Of a DNA stretch of 64,000 nt, positions 18,700 to 28,515 are shown one piece after another. The notes beneath the pieces were generated by a model. It had not been told where the DNA came from, searched no databases, and saw nothing but the letters and a program-made list of their open reading frames with translations. Every line of letters starts with the position of its first letter. Position 1 is the stretch's first letter. Source of the stretch: an uncultured bacterium (GTDB lineage: Bacteria; Patescibacteriota; Patescibacteriia; Magasanikbacterales; UBA922); the NCBI GenBank assembly GCA_937861125.1, contig CALMAY010000037.1, positions 260,941 through 324,940 of the forward strand, written 5' to 3'. A program made the translations under genes and the position numbers.

Positions 18700-21600
18700 A
18701 TGAAACTTACGCACTCACATCGTCTCAGACAATTCAGTATTTTTTCTTTGCTTGGATTGTTTTTGTTTGTCAATGTTGTGGGTGTGTTTGGATTTATACA
18801 GCCTGTTTCTGCACAAATAAGTGTACCTATTACAGATGCAAACACTGGTGTGTTGGTAGGTTTGGGTATGAAAGAGGCGGCTAAAGATGCGGTCAAAGAG
18901 ACAAAACTTTCTCTCAAAAATGCATTGCTACAATCTTTTCTTTCTGCTTTAGTACAGGGTGCATCGTATTTTACGAGAAAATTGGCGTATGATAGTGCAA
19001 AATGGGTGGCGAATGGAGGGAAAGGGCAATCTGCATTGGCGTTTAAAGATGGATTTGGAAAATATGTGGAGCGGACAGCAGCTGATGCTGGTGCAACAGC
19101 AGTAGAAGAGTTTGGACAGGGGTTTGGTCTGAGTTTATGTTCATTGCCAAATATTAATTTGCAGTTATATCTTCAGTTGAGTATTCCACAGCTGTATCCA
19201 GAGGATAGTTATGGTCCAACCACATCATGTACATTTGAACAATTACAGAATAATTGGAATGATGAGGGGCGCCGTCGTTGGAGAGAACAAACACATGATC
19301 GGTTGGCGGAAAATTTTTCTCGTTCTCTTCAGGTGGATACTAATAGTTCTGATTTTGGGATTGCTCTTGGTGCTATGGGAAATATTGACAGAGCTCGTGC
19401 ATCTGCAAAAGAGGCCAACCTACTCGATCGTTTAGAAGGGGGTGGTTTTAAGTCGGTTACTGATCTTATTTCAGGGAATATACTTACTCCGGCGGATGTA
19501 GTACGGTATGAGACAAAATCAGCTACACAAAAGGATCAAGGAGAGCTACAGGCAGATCAGATTGCGGGTATCTATGGTGTGCAAGCACTCAATATCATTC
19601 CTCAGGCAGGAAGTATTTTTCTCAATACTCTCGTGTCTGAAGGACTTAAAAATTTACTTGCTAAAAAAGGCCTGATTCCACAAAAAACACCAGGTGAAGC
19701 AGGTGAAGACAGTGGTCCTGGGCGTGTCACAGCACGTGATATTGAAGATGCGGTATCATTTTTTCTCAAAGCGACAACACCGCGGACAGGCGAAGAGATT
19801 GATATCGTCGCGACGATGGCAGCGTGTCCATCTGATAGTCCTGGACTTAATAATTGTGTGATGGACAATGGTTTATATACTGCATTGATTCGTGAGAGCC
19901 GCAACCAACAACGTTTGACGATTGCAGAAGCAATTGAAGAAGGGTTACTCAATCGTGATTGGCCACTGATTCCGCCGACAAACGGACTCAATGATGATCT
20001 TAATTGTTATGATGGTCGGTATTGTTATTCCAATATTCAAAAAATGAGAAAGTTGCGTATTTTGCCACTTGGATTTGAGGTGGCCGCATTACGTAGTGAT
20101 CCAGATCAACCATGGACATTGGGCCAAGTGGTAGAGAATTTTGAAAACTGTGGACCACGCAATCCGGATGGATCTGTCAATCCAGATACCGAGACTTATC
20201 CGTTCTGTCATCTGATTGATCCAAATTGGGTGTTGCGTGAACCAGTGTCTCGCTGTGAGGCTGAGGTGTACGGCCCAGAGTTAGCAGGGAATAATACAAA
20301 TATTCGCCGTGAAGAGTGTGTTGATGTCTCTACGTGTGTTGCGTTTGATGAAAATGGAAAATGTGAACAGTATGGATACTGTACTCGTGAGCAAAATGTT
20401 TGGGAGATCCCAGGTGAACAGTGTGATCAGCAGTTTGCAACATGTGAGACATTTATTGATACACAAACCAAAAAGGCAAGTTCATTTTTGACTCGCACTC
20501 TTGATACTGATGAATGTACATCTGATTCTGTTGGGTGTCGCGCGTATAGTACTGAAAAGGTAAATGGTGAATGGATTTCTGTTGCTGCTGTTACAAATAA
20601 TGCAAATGAAGTGATAAACTTTAAACAATTTGGACGCAATCGTAGTATTTTCTTTGATAAAGACATTTTGGCAAAGACTTGTCCAAATAATCAGGCAGGG
20701 TGTAGCGCTTTCTTCTTGCTCGACAAAACAACTACCACCGCACCATTTGCCTATGACTTTGTCCGTCAGAACAATCAAAAAGTAACAGTCAATATCAAAA
20801 AGGCGCCAGAATACCTCAACTGTTATGACACAAAACCAAATGAGCCGGGTGTGCAGTGGCCAGCTGATTTGAGTGAGTTGCCACTTCTATCCAATGCGGC
20901 GGAGTGTGCACAGTACGCACCTGTTTGTCTACCAGAAGAAGTAGGGTGTGATGGGTATACACCAGTAGATGGTAATGATACGGTGCAGGTGCCAGGGATT
21001 ATTGGTCAAAATGCATGTAATGCACAATGTGTTGGATATGCTGCATATAAACAATTAGCGAGTACATTTGAACCCGCCAAAGATCCGCTGTACTTTATTC
21101 CAAAAGATGCGGATGCGTGCAGTTTGGAATATGTTGGGTGCAGTGAGTTTACCAATCTTGATGAGCTCGCTCGTGGTGGTGAGTCACGCGCCTACTTTAC
21201 CGACACTGCATATTGTGAAAAGCCTGCTGACGCAGCACGGTCAAATGAAAAAGTATTTTATACATGGGAAGGCTCTGCGCAAAGTGGATACGTCATCAAG
21301 ACGCATCGTCTGAAGCGTGTCTCAGATACAGATAGAACGATTTTGGTTGAATTACTTGAGGGTGCGACTGAGAGTAGTTTTGCCAATACAAATGCTCCTG
21401 CAGTACCGCAATTGTCAAAAACAGAAATCGAGGCACAGTATGCACGATGTAATGAAGCATCATATCGTGACCTGATCAATGGTGGAGCAAATCCAGCAGA
21501 TGCAGACTGTCGTGAGTTTATTGATGAGGCAGGTAATCGATACTATCGTTTGATGGGTGAAGTGGTACGTGTGAGTGACCAGTGTAGTCCGTATCGTATT

Positions 21601-24600
21601 AGTCAGCCTGTGTTAGAAAAGGATGGGGCCATTATCACACCTCAAACATGTGAAAATGCAAAAGGGCTGTGGACTCCAACAAATGGACCTGTGGCAGCTT
21701 TTTGTGAACGTTGTATGGGTGGTGGTGAGTATCGTGATGGTGCGTGTATCTATAATATCTTGGCATCAGAATCAAATAGTTGCCCTGCAAGTGCCAATCA
21801 ATGTCGAAGTTATACGGGAAACTTTGCAAGTAATATTCGCACTGTTGCTTTCTTTGATTTTGAGCCACAAGGAAATACTACCGCAGCCCTCAATGCTGCG
21901 CGTGGGTCTTGGGATGGTGGATCTGTGGTTGCTGAGGCGGTGCAGGTGGGTGGTTCATCTTTGCAAGTTAATGCAAATACTGTTGCATTTGAGCTCGCTC
22001 CCGGTGATGTGAGCACTGATGCTGGACGAAATATTGTACATACGTTGTCGTTGTGGGCACGAGGACAATCACAAACTATTCGTATTGAATTTTATCAAGG
22101 TGATACGCAGGTTGGGTCATTTACTGGTAATACTACATCCATGTCCATTGGTGACAATTGGCGCCGCTATGAGTTTGGTCCAATTGCATTTACTGGTAGC
22201 GAGAGTGTCTCAACAACAGTACGATTTACTCGTAGTGGAAGTGGTGCGTACTTTATCGATAATCTCCGTCTGAGTCGAGTAGAGGATACATACGCGTTTA
22301 TCAAAGATTCTTGGAAAACTACAGAAGGATATAATGCACCACTCGCATGTGATACTAACCCAGTCGATGTGTTCCCAGGTGAACAACTCGGCTGTACTGC
22401 ATATACTCAAGAGAGTAATGGTGAGACTGCGTATGCAACTGGATTCCAAGAGCTGTGTCGTGAAGAGGCAATCGGATGTCGTGCACTTGTGGATACATAT
22501 AATACTGAGGCAGAGACTGGGACGCTGTACAATTTACATTGTACACTTACTACTACTGTAGGTGGTATATCAACAGTATATCAAGTTCCGTTTGGAAGTA
22601 ATCCACAAGAATGTACTGAATGGAAAGATTTGACCGGAGCAAGTTGTATGGTGGAGCCAGGACAAACAGGGTGTGTGGTGGAATCTGCTCAGTTTACGTC
22701 TACAAGTTCTTCTGCTGTGTTCAATCGATTAAGGTTTTCTGATCCTTATGCCATTGTGATTCCGTCAGACACGCCAACTACAATCCCAATCTTCCTCTCG
22801 ACACATAGTAAGTACTCTTGCGACGGTAGTAAATATTTAGGTTGTGAAATTGTTGGGCTTGAGACGGAAGCATTGCCAGGAAATGATAAGTCAACCTTTG
22901 TTACTACAACATTGATCAACTCTCCATATATTTATAAAGATACCTTGTGTACCAAGGCAGAAATTGGTTGTAGCGAATATAGTACAGACAAGGGTCTAAG
23001 CTACTTCAAAGATCCTGCTGTGGTAGGCTCACTAATGTGTCAGTATAGTAAAGGTGATGGTATTTCTCAGCGAGCTGGGTGGTATCTGGATGGAATTGGG
23101 CGTTGCGGATTGCCAGAGGCTCTTGAGGTAGATGTGGCATCAAGCACCACGTTGCCGTATTGTCGTACCGAAGTTGATTGCGGTGGATATACCATTGGTG
23201 GTACTACCACTACGTGCCGTGCAGTCAATAAAACTGCTTGTTATCCAAATTATTTGGTCAATAATGGTGAGTTTGGTCTCTATAGCAACAGTGCTGGCGA
23301 TAATGAATATCTTGGGTATGTCGGTATGTGTCCTGCTGCCCAAAACGGTTGTACTGAATTTATTGATCGGGCTGATACCAATCCTGCGTTTGGTGGAAAT
23401 GGAAGACCATACTACACTATTTTGGATGACAATGCGCTGGAAGCTGCTGGTGAGTGTGGTGGCAAGGCAAGTCTGCGTGAAGGGTGTGTCCTCTTTGATC
23501 AAACAAATAACCCAAGTCGTCTGTATGATACTACTGCTACCTATGCGCGCAGTGAACAAGCGGCTATCAGTTTGGGTCAGTATACAGGGGCAGAGCAACC
23601 GTCGTTGGTTTCTCCAGAGACGACAGGAAACCTCGATAGTAATACGATTCTCAAAGTCGGTCGTAACCGTGAATGTAGTGAATGGCTCGCATGTCGTAGT
23701 AGTATTCCATATACTAATGCTGATGGGAGACAGGAATATCTGTGTTATGACTATGACGTGTGTAATGAGGCGAGTGGAGAGAATTGTGGCAACTTTGTCA
23801 GTAACACATCCACCGGTTTTACTGGTCAGTATTTGAGTCAAGAAAATTATGTTTCTCGCGACACCAGCTGGTATGGTCGCGATTATTCAGGGTATTCACT
23901 TTTCAATAAATATCCGGTTGCTGATTTTCAATCAGTTGTCTTTGGCTCTATCGCAGTGCCAACAAATAATGAGCAGTATGCACAACAGATGAAAAATCCA
24001 TTCTTGTTCTACCAAGTCCCAAATGAGCTCATGCAGGGAACAAATGGGGCTCGCTCATGTATTGACACTGCGACAGAAAATCCAAAAGCAGATTGGACGG
24101 TATGTGGTAGCAATAGCGGTGGACGTTGTTTTTCTGGAAGTTGTTTGTATCCAATTAGTGGCTCATTCCCAGCTGAGTTTAGTAGTACCACTGCACAGTC
24201 ACAGTACACACAGTTTGTCACATACGCAAAACCAAACGAGTGTAAAGCATTTCCAGAGGAAGATAGTCCATTCCCTCAGACGGTGTTGATTGAAAATAAT
24301 ACCATCTTAAATAGAAGAGTACTATCGACGTCAGGAGAAGAGAGATGGATCTTTGGTGCCAAACAAAACAAATATATTACATCTGCAGTGTGTCAGGATG
24401 GCAACTGTATGTGTGATTACAACAAGGTGGTGTATGAGGATGGAACACAAGATTATTTTTCTGCTAGTTCATTGAGTGCAGAGAGTATCCAAGGGTACTG
24501 TGCTGCAGGTGCCCCAGATATGATTGGTGCTCCATGTGATGTTGATACAGAGTGTTCTGATGTTCCAGATACGCCAGGATATTGTGTACAAAAAGAACGT

Positions 24601-27600
24601 ATAGAACGTCGTATGGGGACACTCGGATTTTGTCTTGAATATGATATGAGTCGTCCAATCAATGGTACTGGAGCAGATGGTATCAATGCACCGAAGTATG
24701 CTTGTTTGACTTGGTTGCCACTTGAGATCTCTGCATCACGAATTGATACGTATAATCAGGATGTGTTGGCGGGGTATAGTCCGGATGAAGATGCAGATGG
24801 GTATGGACAGGTGTATTGTGCGCAGAGTACCAATAGGAGTGGTGGAGAGTATATTAGTGATATGTATTTAAGTACAATTCCTGCACCTAGTACAGTCGAG
24901 AGTGTTGATTCTATCGCTTTGGGGCAAAAAGTATTTACTAATGCGGATATGATTAATCTGATCCTCTCAAGTAGTCATTTTGTTCCTACTAGTGTACCGG
25001 GTGTTTGTCCATCTTTTTCAAGCTCCTTTAATATTTGGACATGTTTTCAGTCTGGTCATTTAACTAATACACAAAGAAATTATTTGGATAATGTGCTTGA
25101 GTTGGAAGGAATAGCCACTTCAACAAGAAATGAATTTTTGGACTTGTTTCCAACAGCATCTCATCCAGCAACGAGTACATTTTCTAATTTTACAAATACG
25201 TATTCAGTCAGTGGATTAGGTCCAATGGTACTGTCTGATGTCTTTACTTCAGAAGGTTTCCCTCGCATTGTGAGTGATGGGAGTAGCGGTTTTGACAGTT
25301 GGGGGGAAAACTGGCACGGAGATGAATATGAGTGTGATCCAGATGACGCGCCCGAAGATTTGTATCGATCGTATTTTATGTGTAGAAATGGATCTCTTGA
25401 TGATCTTCAGTTGTTGTATACCACATTTCAATTGTGGGCTTGGAACTATCTTAAACCATCTGCAACTGAGTATGGGGTTAATGCTTCGTTAATACGCATA
25501 GAACATCATAATTCAGGTGATTCTTTTGATAAATTTAACGTCGGCGGTATTGAACAAGCATTTACATTGGCACCAAATGTATCTTTGGATAGTGATAGTG
25601 GTGTTCGTATGCATCCACCTCGTTCCTGGTCTAGTAGTCCTGGTAGTATTACGCAGGGTATTATGAATAAGAGTGGCGTTGGATATACAGATTTATTTGG
25701 TCCAGAGTTTAGTGGATTGCATGCCGGTACAAATGGCGTTTATCATGTGGCTATTTCACCACTTGAAAAAGAAATTCATGAGCAATCTTTGAAAGAAGTA
25801 TATTTTTTACCTTTAAGTTATCCAGATGGTGAGCAGGGGATCAATCCTGCATTAGTAAGAAAAGATGTGAAAATTAATTTTGACATTCTTCGATCTGCTA
25901 TAGAAGGTGTAGGTGAAAATACTTCTTTAGCTGAAGTTGAGACTGGTTTGGCACAAAATAAGGATATGCAAAGGAGTTGTGATAGTAGTAATGGAGGAAA
26001 TGATGAGGATGGTGTAATACCAAGTGGTAATGATGGGTGTGCCACTGATGATCCAAGCGATCGTATGGATTTTCGTTTTGGACATGATACTACAAATGAT
26101 GGTGCGCGTTGGAGTTATGTTTTGGATCGTGGTTCTGATACAGATTGTGGGAGTCTATTATCAAATTGTTCGTATAGTGGTAATGGGTATTCACTTGATG
26201 CTACTTACACTACATTTGCAAATGATAGAAAAAATCGCATTCAAAGAAGATATGTGACTGTATTTTATAGCAATACTGAGAGATACAAACCGCAGTTTCT
26301 TTCAGCTGCAACTGCGGAAGAACGAGAACCTAGAATGCTCACTGAAGATCCTTTTGCTACGGTATGTGATGGTAAGGGTGGAAATAATGGAAGAAACTGG
26401 TTTGTTATTGGTATGGATTTCAATGAAGATGGGGCATTTTTGGGGTATATTAGTCGATTCTGTCATTCTGGTGGCGGTAGTAATGGTATCCAGTACGCTG
26501 TTGTTGCAACACAGTATGACATGTGTACAAACTTTGCAGTGACACATGAACAGACTGTCCAACATGAACAATACAATAAAGCATGGACAGATCGTGTATG
26601 GTCAGGAGCACCTGAAGATTTTGGGTACATACATATCAATCGCTCAGCACTACAAAAACCATTTGCGTCACTTGTAGTTGAAAGTTCAGATGTTTCTAGT
26701 GCAACAATAGGAAGATTATTATATAATTCGGTTTTCTCACAGACTATATTTGGGTTACCACGTAGCTGTGCACAATCGTCAATGGTAGAACGTGCGTTTA
26801 GTAATAATTGTTTTGGGTTAACATTTGGAGGCACATCGCTTGTGACCTCCAATGAAATTGGCACAAAAACTATCACCAATGCACAAGATTCCATTGCAGA
26901 TCTATTTGCTCTTTCGTTTAAAAATAGTTTTCTAGATTTACAGACAGGTGTATTCTCTATCGGTTCTGTGGATGATAGAAGTCAAATGCCTACGTATGTG
27001 TCTGACGCAGAAAAACCACAAATTTACTCTCTCAATCCATTTATCTGTAACGACGAGCAGAGTGGAAAGACATGTACTGCTGGTGAGCGTGGATATATTA
27101 CTGTGAATGGTAAAAATGCCAATACGCGAGATTATAATGGTGATGGTGCACCTGATGAAGATCAGATGGGTGCCGTCAATACACCTGATGGTACCGATCT
27201 AATTGCTGTGGACTCGTATCAGGCGCAAGTGCGGTTCTTTGGTATGGCTGATCGCAATCATATGCCGATCCGACGTGTGATGGTACGGTGGGATGAGAGT
27301 AATAATAATGGTACGACACCAGATGTACTTGGTTTCCAAAAGAATCGTAAGCCGTATTGTTTCGGTGAAAACGCATTGGGCGGAAAAGAATGTTTTCATA
27401 ATGTAGATAGTTATGTGGATCCACTAAGAAATACAGAGCTTACTTGTAAGTTGGATGAAGAGTGTAAGGGGTTATTTGGTAATAGTGGTCAGTGTATAGA
27501 TGCAGGTGTTTCATTCGGTAATAGTTCCCGTGCATGTCAAGAAGGATATTTCGAATTTCAGCACACGTATAGCTGTGATGCGGGTGATTTACAAGAAAAT

Positions 27601-27939
27601 GGCATGTCAGTTTCACAAATTCAAAGTATAAATGGAGATATGTATAGTCGTCTCAAGTCTGGATATGGTCTGTCAGATGCTGATCGTGTGTGTGTCTATA
27701 AACCGGGTGTTCAGGTACTTGATAACTGGGGATGGTGTAATGCTTCTACTATACCGAGTGATGGTATGGTAAATGGAATTGTGGTTAGTTCTACACCAAA
27801 TCCTGCAGGTGAGTATAGTGGTGAATATCCAGCGGTAGTTGGTACAGGTGGTTGTGCGCCAACCAATTCTACTGCATGGTCATACTTCAACGGTATTATT
27901 ATTGTCGTACCAGAGGATGCACTCCCTGGAAATCGATAA
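18700..27939 (+). CDS. giant (3079 aa) secreted/surface cysteine-rich protein, function unknown
   Basis: Uninterrupted 9.2-kb ORF. N-terminal signal-like segment FSIFSLLGLFLFVNVVGVFGFIQPVSA-QI. Recurrent C-x(4-5)-G-C-x-x-[YF] motifs and a jelly-roll/CBM-like stretch ending YFIDNLRLSRV. Confidence 0.85.
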   Translation: MKLTHSHRLRQFSIFSLLGLFLFVNVVGVFGFIQPVSAQISVPITDANTGVLVGLGMKEAAKDAVKETKLSLKNALLQSFLSALVQGASYFTRKLAYDSAKWVANGGKGQSALAFKDGFGKYVERTAADAGATAVEEFGQGFGLSLCSLPNINLQLYLQLSIPQLYPEDSYGPTTSCTFEQLQNNWNDEGRRRWREQTHDRLAENFSRSLQVDTNSSDFGIALGAMGNIDRARASAKEANLLDRLEGGGFKSVTDLISGNILTPADVVRYETKSATQKDQGELQADQIAGIYGVQALNIIPQAGSIFLNTLVSEGLKNLLAKKGLIPQKTPGEAGEDSGPGRVTARDIEDAVSFFLKATTPRTGEEIDIVATMAACPSDSPGLNNCVMDNGLYTALIRESRNQQRLTIAEAIEEGLLNRDWPLIPPTNGLNDDLNCYDGRYCYSNIQKMRKLRILPLGFEVAALRSDPDQPWTLGQVVENFENCGPRNPDGSVNPDTETYPFCHLIDPNWVLREPVSRCEAEVYGPELAGNNTNIRREECVDVSTCVAFDENGKCEQYGYCTREQNVWEIPGEQCDQQFATCETFIDTQTKKASSFLTRTLDTDECTSDSVGCRAYSTEKVNGEWISVAAVTNNANEVINFKQFGRNRSIFFDKDILAKTCPNNQAGCSAFFLLDKTTTTAPFAYDFVRQNNQKVTVNIKKAPEYLNCYDTKPNEPGVQWPADLSELPLLSNAAECAQYAPVCLPEEVGCDGYTPVDGNDTVQVPGIIGQNACNAQCVGYAAYKQLASTFEPAKDPLYFIPKDADACSLEYVGCSEFTNLDELARGGESRAYFTDTAYCEKPADAARSNEKVFYTWEGSAQSGYVIKTHRLKRVSDTDRTILVELLEGATESSFANTNAPAVPQLSKTEIEAQYARCNEASYRDLINGGANPADADCREFIDEAGNRYYRLMGEVVRVSDQCSPYRISQPVLEKDGAIITPQTCENAKGLWTPTNGPVAAFCERCMGGGEYRDGACIYNILASESNSCPASANQCRSYTGNFASNIRTVAFFDFEPQGNTTAALNAARGSWDGGSVVAEAVQVGGSSLQVNANTVAFELAPGDVSTDAGRNIVHTLSLWARGQSQTIRIEFYQGDTQVGSFTGNTTSMSIGDNWRRYEFGPIAFTGSESVSTTVRFTRSGSGAYFIDNLRLSRVEDTYAFIKDSWKTTEGYNAPLACDTNPVDVFPGEQLGCTAYTQESNGETAYATGFQELCREEAIGCRALVDTYNTEAETGTLYNLHCTLTTTVGGISTVYQVPFGSNPQECTEWKDLTGASCMVEPGQTGCVVESAQFTSTSSSAVFNRLRFSDPYAIVIPSDTPTTIPIFLSTHSKYSCDGSKYLGCEIVGLETEALPGNDKSTFVTTTLINSPYIYKDTLCTKAEIGCSEYSTDKGLSYFKDPAVVGSLMCQYSKGDGISQRAGWYLDGIGRCGLPEALEVDVASSTTLPYCRTEVDCGGYTIGGTTTTCRAVNKTACYPNYLVNNGEFGLYSNSAGDNEYLGYVGMCPAAQNGCTEFIDRADTNPAFGGNGRPYYTILDDNALEAAGECGGKASLREGCVLFDQTNNPSRLYDTTATYARSEQAAISLGQYTGAEQPSLVSPETTGNLDSNTILKVGRNRECSEWLACRSSIPYTNADGRQEYLCYDYDVCNEASGENCGNFVSNTSTGFTGQYLSQENYVSRDTSWYGRDYSGYSLFNKYPVADFQSVVFGSIAVPTNNEQYAQQMKNPFLFYQVPNELMQGTNGARSCIDTATENPKADWTVCGSNSGGRCFSGSCLYPISGSFPAEFSSTTAQSQYTQFVTYAKPNECKAFPEEDSPFPQTVLIENNTILNRRVLSTSGEERWIFGAKQNKYITSAVCQDGNCMCDYNKVVYEDGTQDYFSASSLSAESIQGYCAAGAPDMIGAPCDVDTECSDVPDTPGYCVQKERIERRMGTLGFCLEYDMSRPINGTGADGINAPKYACLTWLPLEISASRIDTYNQDVLAGYSPDEDADGYGQVYCAQSTNRSGGEYISDMYLSTIPAPSTVESVDSIALGQKVFTNADMINLILSSSHFVPTSVPGVCPSFSSSFNIWTCFQSGHLTNTQRNYLDNVLELEGIATSTRNEFLDLFPTASHPATSTFSNFTNTYSVSGLGPMVLSDVFTSEGFPRIVSDGSSGFDSWGENWHGDEYECDPDDAPEDLYRSYFMCRNGSLDDLQLLYTTFQLWAWNYLKPSATEYGVNASLIRIEHHNSGDSFDKFNVGGIEQAFTLAPNVSLDSDSGVRMHPPRSWSSSPGSITQGIMNKSGVGYTDLFGPEFSGLHAGTNGVYHVAISPLEKEIHEQSLKEVYFLPLSYPDGEQGINPALVRKDVKINFDILRSAIEGVGENTSLAEVETGLAQNKDMQRSCDSSNGGNDEDGVIPSGNDGCATDDPSDRMDFRFGHDTTNDGARWSYVLDRGSDTDCGSLLSNCSYSGNGYSLDATYTTFANDRKNRIQRRYVTVFYSNTERYKPQFLSAATAEEREPRMLTEDPFATVCDGKGGNNGRNWFVIGMDFNEDGAFLGYISRFCHSGGGSNGIQYAVVATQYDMCTNFAVTHEQTVQHEQYNKAWTDRVWSGAPEDFGYIHINRSALQKPFASLVVESSDVSSATIGRLLYNSVFSQTIFGLPRSCAQSSMVERAFSNNCFGLTFGGTSLVTSNEIGTKTITNAQDSIADLFALSFKNSFLDLQTGVFSIGSVDDRSQMPTYVSDAEKPQIYSLNPFICNDEQSGKTCTAGERGYITVNGKNANTRDYNGDGAPDEDQMGAVNTPDGTDLIAVDSYQAQVRFFGMADRNHMPIRRVMVRWDESNNNGTTPDVLGFQKNRKPYCFGENALGGKECFHNVDSYVDPLRNTELTCKLDEECKGLFGNSGQCIDAGVSFGNSSRACQEGYFEFQHTYSCDAGDLQENGMSVSQIQSINGDMYSRLKSGYGLSDADRVCVYKPGVQVLDNWGWCNASTIPSDGMVNGIVVSSTPNPAGEYSGEYPAVVGTGGCAPTNSTAWSYFNGIIIVVPEDALPGNR

Positions 27940-27942
27940 TAT

Positions 27943-28383
27943 ATGTTTATTGACAGTCTTGGATTATTTCTCCTTTTGTCTGGGTTTGTGATTGGACTAG
28001 GTGCTGTGACAGTCATCGACATCCATGGGTTTCTCGGCATACGGTCTGCCTACTGGACACAGACGACCACCCGTGTTCACAAGGTGACCAAACCACTGAT
28101 CTGGATTGGCATACTGCTGTGTATTATCGGGGGAAGTATCTACTATCGATTTGAGACGCTCAGCGGGGTGGTACTCTATCATGTTGTGGCGGCTACTATA
28201 CTCATACTCAATGGGATATTTTTGAGTTTTGTGGTGAGTCCATACCTCCTAGAGCGAGAACGACAGAGGAGATCAGAGGAACTACTTGATCGTGTGTGGC
28301 AGATCAAAATTGCGCTGAGTTTATTGGTTTCTGACGTGTTGTGGTGGAGTTCGCTTATAGGTTTGGCCCTGTATCTTGCGTAG
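27943..28383 (+). CDS. small 4-TM membrane protein
   Basis: ATG lies 4 nt after the giant-gene stop. Four hydrophobic helices and no recognised motif. Confidence 0.6.
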   Translation: MFIDSLGLFLLLSGFVIGLGAVTVIDIHGFLGIRSAYWTQTTTRVHKVTKPLIWIGILLCIIGGSIYYRFETLSGVVLYHVVAATILILNGIFLSFVVSPYLLERERQRRSEELLDRVWQIKIALSLLVSDVLWWSSLIGLALYLA

Positions 28384-28515
28384 CCCTTGCCAAAAGTCTT
28401 CTCCTCTTGTAGGCTTATATATGTATGAAGCTGAGGAGGCCTAGTAGGCCTAGAAAGCTTTTAGAAAACTTAGATAACTCAGTCAACTTAGCCAACTAAG
28501 ATAACGTAGATTATT

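Noticed and set aside
23132-23841. Two ~234-aa ORFs, one on each strand (23132-23836 + and 23140-23841 -), nested in the same 700 nt of the giant gene. This looked like a possible overprinted gene pair.
   Set aside because: The minus ORF is codon-aligned with the giant gene, so it only requires that TTA, CTA and TCA codons be locally absent. That fits a Leu-poor, Gly/Thr/Cys/Tyr-rich segment. Both translations are low-complexity with no start context, promoter or motif. The giant-gene frame is the only one continuous for 9 kb.
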